From: Heteronotia binoei
Lineage: Eukaryota
Assembly: GCF_032191835.1 (NCBI RefSeq)
Contig: NC_083237.1
Span: 496,001-560,000, forward strand
Direction of reading: 5' to 3'
DNA: 64,000 nt
Shown here: positions 46,701-58,400 of the stretch, piece after piece
Numbering within the stretch: the first letter of the stretch is position 1
Layout: each line of letters begins with the position of its first letter
Notes under the pieces: generated by a model
Told to the model about the DNA's origin: nothing
The model's input: only the letters and a program-made list of their open reading frames with translations
Databases searched by the model: none
Translations under genes and position numbers: made by a program

Positions 46701-47232
46701 TCCGGGCGGGGCGCTCACCTGCAGGACGTGCTGGAGGCTGCGCAGCCAGGCCAGGCAGTGGTGGCGGAAGGTGGGCGTGCTGCTGCGGCTCACCAGCACC
46801 GAGAGGAGGCACAGGCCCTCGAACCTGCCGCCGGCCCGGGGAGAAAGGAGGGAGGTGAGCAGAGGGGAGGGGAGGGCAGAGAAGGGCAGGGGACCGCCTC
46901 CCCCCCCCGTCCAGTCCCGCACTCACCGGCTCTTGGGGGAGCCCAGCCGCGCCGCGCACGGGCCCAGCAGCCCGCCCAGGGGGGGCGACGACGCCGACGC
47001 CTGCAGGGGGAGGGAGGAGGTGAGGCCCGGGGGGGAGGGAGGCGGAGGACCCCCACCCCCCCAGCCCCGCCCGGCTCACCTGCGCCTCCCCCCCGACGCC
47101 GCCCCCGCTGTCCCTGGCGCAGCGCACGAGGCAGGGCAGGCCCCGCGGGGGAGCCCCCGACGCCGCCTCTCCGCCGCGCACCAGCCCGGCCAGCGTCTCC
47201 AGCCCCCTCGACGCCGCCATCGCCGCCGCCAT
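37752..47232 (-). CDS. PELP1: Proline-, glutamic acid- and leucine-rich protein 1, about 1136 aa, 18 coding exons
   Basis: Exons 47232-47080, 47000-46927, 46824-46719, 46627-46478, 46386-46315, 46210-46151, 46041-45891, 45167-45038, 44943-44856, 42596-42508, 42412-42293, 42143-41993, 41901-41757, 41301-41246, 41004-40798, 40706-39849, 39496-38792 and 37847-37752 (3411 nt, all GT-AG, frame continuous). Motifs [34 protein letters not shown], an acidic tract and [17 protein letters not shown] (minus) at 37670-37675. Confidence 0.95.
42615..42830 (+). mobile_element. tRNA-derived SINE (second family); minus-strand fragment at about 38600-38740
   Basis: A-box TGGCTCAGTGG and B-box GGTTCAATCCC, followed by a non-tRNA body and a gttcat tail. 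Confidence 0.75.
43770..44410. repeat. Long inverted repeat (arms about 260 bp, spacer about 125 bp) in a PELP1 intron
   Basis: Left arm aaaaatattgtgcaa...ttctgaaggagaaatt (43770 to about 44028) is the reverse complement of aattttccttcagaa...ttgcacaatattttt (about 44154-44410), with few mismatches. Confidence 0.93.
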
Positions 47233-47481
47233 CCCGCCGCGCCTGCGCACACGCCCGGGGAGGGGAGGGGAGGGCGCGCTCTCTGCACATGCTCGCCCGC
47301 CCGCCTCCTGGCCCGGCCCCGCCCCGCCCCGCCGCTCCCCATTGGCCGCGGCCCGCCCCACGTGAGCGGGGCCCGGAGGCTCGCCATGGCTTCAGTGTGG
47401 TCCGCTCCGCCTTGCAGCCCGGACGCCGCCGCGGGGCCCCAGCAGCAGCAGCACCACTAGGCGGCCCGGCCCGGCCCGGCC
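47233..47481. promoter_or_regulatory. Bidirectional CpG-island promoter, PELP1/ARRB2
   Basis: Divergent ATGs only 249 bp apart. NRF1-like GCGCCTGCGCA at about 47239, GC boxes, and ATTGG at 47341. Confidence 0.8.
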
Positions 47482-50400
47482 ATGGGGGAGAAGGCCGGCA
47501 CCAGGTACCCTCGGCGCCGCCTTGCCCAGCCCGCCCGCCCGCTGGCCCGGGGCAGGGAGGGAGCCGGAGGGGCGCCGCCAGCCAGCCAGCCACCCCCCCC
47601 CCCGCCTAGGGAGTCGCCCAGGCACGGAAAGGGGAAGCGCGGCCGCCCGAGCCCCCCCAGACCCCCCCCCCTCAAAACTCTGCCCTGCTCGGAGCACTCA
47701 GCCCTGGGCCCCCCTCAGAGGGCGGGGGGGGGGGGGATCGGCGTCGTTAAGCAAAAGCCACTTCCTGAAGACGGGCATGGGCGCCACGGGGAAATGACAG
47801 CGCGGGGGGGGGGGGATCTGTGCGCGCCCTCCATCCCCACCCCCACTCCCCAAGACTGCTCAGGTGTGGACTTCTTTCCCAGCCCCCACCACCACCACCA
47901 CCACCCAGCTTGCAAACAAAGGGCTTCTTCCCCCTCCAGCCAAGGAGAGGGCAGCTGCTCCCTTCCTCCGTTGCTGCGGGGACGCCCAGGCATCTGGTCC
48001 TGATGCTGTTCCCACGGCAACACAGGCTGTTGATCCCTGCGATGCAGCTCAGACTGTCCCCAGGCCCCAACTCACTGGGGAGGAACGGATCTCATAAGGA
48101 GCCAGGGTTAGCCCCCGTTGTTTGGCAGAGGGGGGGGGTTGCATCTTTCTGACTGGGCTTGTTCTCCATCTCCCCCCCCCCCAGGGTCTTCAAGAAATCC
48201 AGCCCCAACTGCAAGGTAAGAGCCACCCCCCTTCCCCTCCACTTCTGCCCCAGCAGGCATGCCATCCTTCTGGCCCCTCTCTGAGATCTGCAGTGACACA
48301 AACAGTTTCTGTGGCCCGTCCCCACTTGTGGGTTTCCTGTCAGTGTTCCTCCCCGCCCCCACTTCCTTCCTCCCTCCCAGAGCAGCTTGCATGGCAGCGG
48401 CAGGAATTGGCAGCAGCAGCAGGCCAGGGCCTTCCATCGCCTCCCCCCACCTCAAAGCTTGCCTGGGGTAGGGGGCACAATGTAGCCACCCTGTCCTGCA
48501 TGAGCACGCAAGGCTGCTGGGCTCCACCACAAGGTCCTGTGCACTGCCACGCACAAGAGCGTGCTGGTCTTGGTGTTGCAGAGCTGCATGCGTGGGGGTT
48601 TGGGCAGCCTTGCATGTGGAGCCCTGCAGAGCAGAGGCCCCGGAGAGGCTCGTGGGCTGTCGAAGGGCAGACCCAGGACGGCACCCCCCTCTCCTCCCGC
48701 TCCATCCTTGAGGAAGTGAAGGGCGGGTGCCAGACCCCCTCCCCCCAGCTCTTCCTCAACCAGATTGGGTTAACCCTTCCCGGGGCGACGGAGATGTTCC
48801 GTTGGCTCCCCTTGTCTCCATGGTGATGCCCATCTGCCGGATTGGCGTCCTTCCTGGGGGGGGGGGTGTTTGGAGGAGGTGACAAGGAGCAGACCGAGGC
48901 AGCTGAGGTGGGGGGTGTGCTCTTCAGGGGCATTTCAGACGGTGCAAGAGCAGCAGCGGGAAAGGGATGCAGAACGGAGCCCCTGGAATTGGACTGAGTT
49001 CAGAAGTAGATGCTGGGGAGGGGGCTCTGTGGGGGTGGGTGAGGAGTGTGGCTGTGGGTGGCGCTGGGCTGTCTATTTGCCTGTGTTCCTCCTCTCCAGC
49101 TCACTGTCTACCTGGGGAAGCGGGACTTTGTGGACCACCTGGACAGAGTTGACCCTGTTGGTGAGTGGGGTCAGGACACTGTGGAAGTGGGGCTCTGCCT
49201 TGGGACCCCCACATGACCCACCTGCCTTTGAGAGGCAGCACCCAGCCTGCAGTTGCCCTGCATCCCTGGCGGGCCCTTCCGGAGTCTTCAGAGCAATGCC
49301 TGGGAGGGGGCCCCGAGAGTGAGGGAGCTGACCGGGGGGAGGGGGGGCTCATTTCTCCTCCTCTTCCCACCTCAGCAATGATTTGCACAGGGGCAGTTTC
49401 CATTGGGCCCGGGAGAGGAGGACAACTTGCTGTGGTCTGCCCCTGTGAAGGAGGTCCTGCGATCTTCCTCTTCTCTTTGTTTCTCCCCCCCTCCCATGTT
49501 CTAGATGGGGTTGTCCTGGTGGATCCGGAATACCTCAAGGATCGGAAGGGTGAGCGTGGCGGTGGAGTGGCGTGGGGGAGAGGCAGAGAGAGAGGGGGTC
49601 TGCCTGCCTGGGGGTGGGACTCTCTTCTGTGAGGGGGCAGAGGCAGCAACGTGCTCACTGCAGATTTGGCCGAGTGGCCCCATTGCTCAGATTGCCCCAC
49701 TGGCCCTCTAGGGCACTGGCCTCCTGGCAACCTTTCCCAAGCAGTTGAAGGGCCAGGAAGCCCCTGAAAGGGAGACGCTTTGGGGACCGATGCTTATGGG
49801 GAGGTGTTCTCTGAGTGGCCAGAATTCTTGCCAGGGGTCACCACTGCCCTGGGGAGAAGGGGGGGCTGTGAGGCAGTTGTTGTCCAGGCCTGGAGTCTGT
49901 CAGAACACAACTGTCGAGCATGCGGGTGGGGGGGAGAAAGGAGCCAGGATGGCTGGGGGAGGGGCCCCCCACAGAGGGAAAGGCTGGAGACAGCAGGACA
50001 CCTTGAGTGCTGTTCTGCCTGTTTTACAGACTTTTCCCTCCCTGTGGGGGTCATGCTCTGTACTGCTAAATAAAAGCGCCTGGGCAGACCAGAGGCATGG
50101 CAGGAAGGGGTGGGAACAACGTGGGAATCCTCCTCCTCTCCCTGAAAAAGAATAATGTTCCCCAGTGAAGACTCCCAGGTCCCTTTTTGCCTATCAGACT
50201 TTCCCCCTTATTTTTTCTGGAAGCCTGTTGAGCTTCCCGGCAGGTGGAACCTTGGCTGCAGGTGCCTTCTTGTCATCCTGTTTCCTCTAACATTTCCCCC
50301 AGGATTTTCACTGTCAAATGGAGATTACGGGCCCTGCATTTGCAACGTCAGAGAGTTCTGCTGGCACCAATTACAGCTCCTTTCCCTTCCATTTTGCTCC

Positions 50401-53400
50401 ATCAGCTTAGCTTGGGGGCTCTTAGAGGTACCAGGGTTTGGATGGGGTGTGTGGCATCGTTGACCTTCCCCTTTGCCCCCCGCAGTGTTCGTGACGCTGA
50501 CCTGCGCCTTCCGCTATGGGCGTGAGGACCTCGATGTGCTGGGCCTCTCCTTCCGCAAGGATCTCTTCTTGGCTTCCTGGCAGGCCTTCCCGCCTGCCGA
50601 GGAAGCCCCTGAACCTCTCACCCGCTTGCAGGAACGGCTGCTGCGGAAACTGGGTGCCAATGCCTACCCCTTCAGTTTCGTTGTGAGCTCTCTTCCTCCG
50701 CCCTCCCCCATTGCTCCTTCTCCCTGGCCCTTCCTTTGATCCTCAGAGCCCCCGCCCCCCCCTGCTGCCTATCCCAAAAGCTACCAGCCCCAAGCCCCCC
50801 CCCCTCACTGACCCTTTGGCAGGGGGTGCCGGAGGAGCCTTTCCAGTCCAGACAAATTTCTTCCCTTTCCTTTGCTTCCCCCCACCCCCTTTCCCTAGAA
50901 TATGATGGGGAAATCTCTTGTTAAACAGAAGGTTACGTTGCTCACTGTGTTTCCCAATCCCCTTCAGGTTCCACAGAATCTCCCGTGTTCAGTAACGCTG
51001 CAGCCGGGCCCTGAAGACACAGGAAAGGTAGGGGCCGGGGGCTCCCCAGAAATTGCTGGGGTGGGTGGGAGTGGGGGGGGGAGGATCAGCAGAATCAGTC
51101 GGGGGTTGGGCTGGGATGGGCAGGGCAGGAGTTTGGGTGATCCGAGTCGCGGGGCTCTGGATTATGATTATTCTTTTTCTTACTCTCCAGGCTTGTGGAG
51201 TAGATTTTGAGATCCGGGCTTTTTGTGCCAAAAACGTAGACGAGAAGATCCATAAAAGGTGAGCTGGTTTTATGGGGGCACTGCTGGTTTGGGAGGGGAG
51301 CGGGCCTCAGTCCAGGCCCCAACCAGACCTGGAAGACCCTCGTCCCAACACCAGATGGCCCTGGACCAAGGGGGACTTCAGGAAGCCCCAGGACCAACAT
51401 CAGGAACCTTCTATTCTGTTTTTTTTTTTTTTTAAAAGGCAGCTTGTAAATATAGCAAAGTTAAAATGACAGTGTTAAAGCCAGTTAGCACACTGATGAT
51501 TAATCTAAAGCATTTACACCATAAAGAAATCAGTCATACGATGAAAAACTTTGAAGCCAGTGCACGGAGCTCTTTTGAAAAAGGCGTCCAGAACCCATTC
51601 TGGGGGTGGGCCCTGCAGCCAGAGGGCCCCTATCAGAGCTGGCCCTGGTCTCTGCGGGGGGGCCTTGAGCCACATCCTTCAAGAGGGGACCACGGAGTGC
51701 CTTCCCTACTTTGAATGGTGCTTGGAGGTTCTGGGGGGGGGGGGGGATGCTGATCCTAGCACCTCTCCTCCCCCTGCAGGAATTCTGTCCGCCTCGTGAT
51801 CCGCAAAGTCCAGTATGCCCCCGAGAAGCCTGGCCCCCAGCCCATGGCAGAGACCACCCGCCACTTCCTGATGTCGGACCGCTCCCTGCACCTGGAGGCC
51901 TCGCTGGACAAGGAGGTGAGTGGGGGGGGGGCAGCGGGAACAGGGGAAGTTCCCCTTGAACAACCGAGAGGGGAGGATTTGGATGGCCCCTGGAGCAGAG
52001 GGGCCTTCGGTTGGGATTTCTGCAGACATTGAGGGGGTCCTGCTGTGCTTTATTATCATTCGGGGTCGTTGTGATGTCTGCATTTAGTATTTCATTTAGT
52101 GCAATTTTCAGCCAAGTATATTTGAGGAAAGCACCCAGGAGGAGGGGGGGGTGTCCTTGCTTATTACTCTTGAGACTTCTGAGATTCAAACCTTCCAGCC
52201 AGAGCTAGGGAGAAACAGGACTGGGACAAGCGGAGGGCGAAATGTTTGGGACTGGGCGCTGCCCAATACCAGAGGGCCTACGCGGGGAGGGGGGTGGCGG
52301 GAGAGCTTGAGCTTGACATTACACAAAAAGAACTCCTGTGATGGATTGAAGGCCCAGCTGCATGTCTGGGGGCGGGGGGGGGGGGGCTTGCCTAACTCCC
52401 CTTCTGACCCCTCTCTTGGGAAACAGAACAAGGAGAGGGGGCGCCACATTGGTCTGAAGCAACAGCACATTTTGAGTCCAGTCTGGCACCTTGAAAACCA
52501 GCAAAGCTTGACCCCTCCCCCCTTTCACCTCTCCTTGCAGCTGTACTACCACGGCGAGCCAATCAGCGTCAACGTCCACGTCACCAACAATTCTAGCAAG
52601 AGCGTCAAGAAAGTGAAAGTGTCTGGTAGGAGGGGGGGCTGCTAATTTTCAGCTGATTGGTTTTCGGGGGGTGGTTTAGGAGCTGGACTGGAGAGATGGG
52701 GCCACTTTCTGTCTCCTGGTCTGTCCTGGGACAGCTTCAAAGGCAACAAGATCTAGTCCCCCTGTAAAGTTACCCCCCTCCCCACAAATAGTGCTGCAAT
52801 TAGGGCTGTTGGGGGAGTCTTTCTTGGGCCTGTGCACACAAGGGTGGGGGGGGGATGTGTGTGGAAGATCTCAGGGCCAGAAGCTCCCAGACATCCACAA
52901 GGCCTCCTCTCTGCAGGGAGGAGGGGGGGGGGAGATACTCCCACAACAGAACCTTTTCTCCTGTTCTCCCCATGCAGTGCGGCAGTACGCAGACATCTGC
53001 CTCTTCAGCACAGCCCAATACAAGTGCCCAGTGGCCCAAATCGAACTCGAGTGAGTGTGCTCTACATCATGCAGCCCCCCCACCCCCAGCATCACTACAG
53101 GTTGTTTGGCAGCCAGTCCAGGGGGTGTGAGGGCCCCCCTCCCCGCCTGATGCACCGGAGGAGCTCCATTCAAGCCCAGACCAGCATCTCCTCTGGCGTC
53201 CCTTCTGCCCTCACTGGAATCCAAGGGTTGGCTCGGGTGGGGGGGGGAGGAGATACTGGGTCTCAGCTCTACTCAGGCCTTTGCTCTGCCCTAGAAGTGT
53301 GCCCCCCCCCCACCGAGTCTGATTTGGATTCTCAGTTGCATCAACATTCCCAGTTTATAGATAACTTGTAGTCCAGGTTTTGGCAAGCTCCATCTCTGCG

Positions 53401-54626
53401 GCGTTCTGGCAATCCTGTGGTTTTTGCACCTACAGCACCATGCTTTAAACGCCCCCCCCCCCCATCCTCCCTTGTAATTCTTTTGTGCTGGTCTGTTAAC
53501 TTCCCGATCTTTTCTCCCCCCCCCCTCCCGCGGCTGGCAGTGACCAGGTGGCCGCCAGCTCCACCTTCTGCAAGGTCTACACCCTGACCCCTCTGCTCAG
53601 CAGCAACCGGGAGAAACGGGGCCTTGCCCTTGACGGGAAGCTGAAGCACGAAGACACCAACCTGGCCTCCTCCACCATGTGAGCCAGCTGGCCTGCCCTT
53701 CAGGGTGTTGGAAGGGGTGGGGGGTGACATTAGGAGCCATGGGGCAGGGCTGGCCCCACAGCCCGAGCTCCACGTGCACCCATCTCTTGCCTTGCAGCGT
53801 CAAGGAGGGGGCCAACAAGGAAGTGCTCGGCATCCTGGTCTCGTATCGCGTCAAAGTGAAGCTGGTGGTGTCCCGGGGCGGGTAGGTGTGGGGGGAGGGG
53901 GCACGGCACCCCTCACCCTTTGCCCTCCACTCCCATGGGAGCGCCTGCTCATTGCCTCCCCCCAATCTTCCTGCCTGAACAGGGACGTGTCCGTGGAGCT
54001 GCCCTTTGTACTCATGCACCCCAAGCCTCCGGACCAGCCACCCCTTTTGCAACCCCAGACAGGTAAGTGTCCACTGGCCCCCCACCCGATGAGAATGCTG
54101 GGAGGAGGATCTCCCTATAGGAGGGGGTGACTCATTTCCTCATGCTTCTCCCCCACAGCTGTCCAAGAAACAGACGCTCCGATTGACACCAACCTTATTG
54201 AGTTTGAAACCAAGTAAGAGAGGGCAGAGTTTACTGCTGGGGATATTGCCTGTGGGGGGACGCAGCACTGGTTGCAGGCCTAGATTGGGAGGGGCCCATT
54301 TGGAGAGAGCAATGTTGTGGCTCCCCTCTTCCCTTTTTTTGTTACTGTGCCTTGTACTTCGTTATGGTGGGGTCTGCGCATTTTGGCCCCACTGGTCACT
54401 CTGGCAAGAGCTGTGAATGCCTGGCTCTGTGGCAAAGCCTCTTGGGGAAGGGCAGCCGAAAGGGGCCACAGCACAGCCATGAAGGTGCAGGAAAACCTCC
54501 TTACCCTGCCCCTCTCCCTACCCCCCCAGCTACGGGCAGGATGAGGACATCGTTTTTGAGGACTTTGCTCGCCTGCGCTTGAAGGGCCTGAAGGACGACA
54601 AGGAAGATGATGACCATTTCTGCTAG
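47482..54626 (+). CDS. ARRB2: Beta-arrestin-2, 410 aa, 15 exons
   Basis: Exons 47482-47504, 48185-48215, 49100-49160, 49505-49549, 50486-50682, 50968-51027, 51191-51258, 51780-51915, 52541-52625, 52978-53050, 53541-53678, 53798-53881, 53983-54062, 54159-54213 and 54530-54626 (1233 nt). SPNCKLTVY, clathrin box LIEFE and the ARRB2-type [13 protein letters not shown] are present. AATAAA at 55099-55104. Confidence 0.97.
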
Positions 54627-55419
54627 GGAACTGGCTTCCCCTGCCTGGGGATGGATGGAGGCAGGGAGGACGCCGGCCCCCTCCCATGAATGTTTCTTTA
54701 TCCCCCCTCCCACTTTGTGTCTTTTGTGCTGTATGGTGGTGGGGGGGAGACTTTTAATGTGACTTATTGGGGGGCAGTTTCGTGTTCAGCTTCTCCCTCC
54801 CCCTGCTGCTGTTTTCCAAATGGATTTTAATGTTTAAGGACATTCTCTCTCCCTGCCCCCCCATGCACTGGAGTCCTTCTTGGGCATTATCTTCTGTCCT
54901 GCCTCTCCCTGCCCCTGTGGATAGTTTATTGGAGCTGCACCCAGTCGGGGCTAGTGCGTGCCTGTCTCTCCCTTCCCTGGGGCTCTGCCAGTGCCATATG
55001 CCCCCAGGAGGAGGAGTTCTGTGCCAGCTGCAGCCAGCCCCTCCCCTTGTTTATCAGGTTGGCACAGGTGGCTGCCGTGTCTGTGCAAAGGAGAACAGAA
55101 TAAAATGAAGCAATTCTTCACTTGCCTGCAGCTTCCATTTCTCAAGGGATCACACACACCCTGCAGGCTGCACATGTTTATTTGGTGCCTTTCCCCCCCT
55201 TCCAAGTAACCCCCAAAACAGAACGCTGCAACATCCCTGAAGTCTCTGCCCTGCTGCTGCAGCAGTCCTCAAAGCTCAGCAGCACAGGCAGCAGCTGCCT
55301 GGCCACAAGCCCTCTGGGCTAGTTCTTCCAGAAGGTGACAGGCCCAGCTCTCCCCTAGGTATGCCCAGCGGCGGCCCAAGACAATCCCCTTCCAGTCCAG
55401 AAGGAGCCTCCTTCACACG

Positions 55420-58400
55420 TCAGTACCTGCAACAGACAGAATCATGAAGCTGGAAGGAACCACAGAGGCCATCCAGTCCAACCCAGCGTAGACCGTAGAG
55501 CATCCGTGACCGGGATTCATCCAGCTGCTGCTTACACTGCCAGTGAGAGGGAGCTGAACAGCTGCTTCCACTGCTGAAAAAGTTTTTCCTGCTCTCCAGC
55601 CGGTCCCTTCCAACCCTTCATTTAAACCCAGGATTGCAAGTCCTCTCCTGCCAACAGGAAGAGCTCCCTGCCCTCTGCTAAGGGGCAGCCCTTTAGAGAG
55701 CCATCCTGTTCCCCTCCCCCCCCCCCCCCGGCCACCTCCTCTTCTTCAGACTGAACAGCCCAAGTCCCCCAGCTTCTCCTCCTAGGGCTTCCTGGTCTCC
55801 AGGACCCTGAGCATCCTTGGTGCTCTCCTCTGCACTTGACCATTCTGTCCACATCCTTCTTGAAATGAGGCCTCCAGATCTGCACCCAAGACTCCAGGTG
55901 TGGCCTGACCAATGCAGTGTGCAGCAAGACTTTGACATCTTGTGATCTGGAAGTTGTGCCTCTGTTGATACACCCCAAGATGGCATTAGCCTTTGTTGAC
56001 ACGCTGCACTGGCTGCTGCTATTTTACTGTGCCCCTTTACCCTGACATCTGATCTGCACACATAAGAACATAAGAGAAGCCATGTTGGATCAGTCCAACA
56101 CTGTGTCACACAGTGGCCAAAAAAAGGAGGTTCACAAGTGGGGCTAAAAGTCTTTCCATTTTGCCTCGCCCCCGCCGCAAGCACCAAGAAGACAGACCAT
56201 CCCTGCCCCGGACAGAGAACTCCCATCAATACCCTGTGGCTAACAGTCACGGATGGACCTCTGCTCCATATTTTTATCCAATCCCCTCTTAAAGCTGGCT
56301 ATGCTTGTAGCCGCCACCACCTCCTGTGGCAGTGAATTCCACATGTTAATCACCCTTTGGGTGAAGAAGGACTTCCTTTAATCCGTTCTAACCCGACTGC
56401 TCAGCAATTTCATCGAATGCCCACGAGTTCTTGTATTGTGAGAAAAGGAGAAAAGTACATACTTCTTTCTCTACTTTCTCCATCCCATGCATAACCTTGT
56501 AAACCTCTCTCATGTCACCCCGCAGTTGACGTTTCTCCAAGCTAAAGAGTCCCAAGTGTTTTAATCTTTCTTCATAGGGAAAGTGTTCTGAACCTTTAAT
56601 CATTCTAGTTGCCCTTTTCTGCCCTTTTTCCAACGCTATATCGTTTTTGAGATGCGGTGACCACACACTGCTACCTAAAAGCGTATCCCCCCTCCAGTCA
56701 GTTACCCCAAGAAGCAAAACCTCTGAGCATGTACGGAATGATTTGCCGTAGCCTCTCACCTGTGCTGCTGGGGGGACTCCTGACCCATCCCGCAGGGGAA
56801 GACATGTTTGGGGGGATGGCCTGCCCCATGGTTACAGCCTAGGCCACAAAAAAACAAAACAATGGTAAACCCACAGGCCATTCTGCTGGGTCCCGTTGCC
56901 AGCCCAGTCTTCTTTCTGCCAGCCACAGCAGCTCAAAAGCAAGCCCCATGGCAGTCAGTAGGAGCAACGGGAAAGGCTGCCCATGGCCAGCTCTCCCCTG
57001 ACCCCCTCTCAGGGACGGAAGAGACCCGACTGCTGCTCCTTTTCCCTGGTGCGGCAGTTGCGATCAGCCCCACTGAATTCACCACCCCTTGCCCCAAGTC
57101 CCTTTATGTCCCAGACCCCCTCCCCCCCAGGGGGGAATCCTCTTGGGCCTCCTGCCCAGGACAGCCACAAGAGCCCCCCCGGCATACCCTCCTTTCAGGC
57201 TCCTCCCAAGATGCACTGCTGCTGGCTTCTCTGGCTGGCATTGTGTGGCCCATCCTGGAGAGTCCAAAAGGAAAGAGAAACCAGGTTTGGGTGCAGAGCC
57301 AGCTAGTCTCTTTACGGCTTTGAGAGGCCCAGATATTTGCATCTGCTGCTGAAAAGTTCCCCCTGCCCTGTGTAGCCCAGGCAAGCTCCATCTTGGAAGC
57401 TAAGCGGGATCAAGTGTGCTTACTACTCGAATGGGAAACTGTCCTTGAAATACCCAGTCAGGAGGCATGGGCAGGCTTATTCAGCCACCTCCCTGAATAT
57501 CCTTCAGGCCCCCAGTAGGGGTCAGTCACCAGTCACAACGTCCAGGTGCAGACACATAAATGCATACACGTGAAAAATACCCCCCTCAAAAAAGACATCA
57601 CCCGTCCTGTGGGCTGTGTTCAAAATCACAGAGCAGAAACCTGCTGAGCGCTGCCTGTGCCAGGCTGATTCTGGGAATTAGGCAGATCGTGAGAGGGAAG
57701 GCAGGAAGCCTTGCATCAGGCCTTAGTTCTCGTGACCTTCCTTACACAACCAGGGAAATGCTGTTTACCACTTTGGGGACAGTCAGCAATTTTTCTCCAG
57801 GCTAGTTTGACCAGAGTTCCTGGAAGGGGTTTTTTTGTGGGCGAAGAGCAGGGATCATTGGGAGTGTGGGGGGAGGGATTTTGGGTTTCCTGCATTGTGC
57901 AGGTTGGACTACATAGCCCTAGGGACCCTTTCAATTCTATAATTCTATGATCGTTAGAGAGCAGAGCTGCTCTCTACAACAGCCCTCCCCCCAAAAAACC
58001 CTTGCGAGCAAAAACGTCAATGCCACTCAGCCGCTGTAGTTGGAAAGAGGAAGCGGGGGGGGGGGGGTGGAAAGACAGCACTTACTGCAGGGCTCCTGCT
58101 CTCACTCTCTGCAACTTCTCCCGGAGGCGCCTCACCTTCCGCTGATACCTAGAGAGAGCCAGCAGGGGGAGATCAGACCCACTTCCTTATTCACTCAGCA
58201 AGTTCTTTCAAGTAAGCATCAGGAAGAACTTCCTGCCAGTTAGAGCCGTTCCTCAGTGGAACAGGCTTCCTCCTCGGAAGGTGGTGGACTCTCCTTCTTT
58301 GGAGGTTTTTCAGCAGAGACTAGAGGGCCATCTGACAGCAATGAGGATCCTGTGAACTTCAGCAAACCATGAGAAGGAGGGCAGAGGGAGGTCCTTGTGA

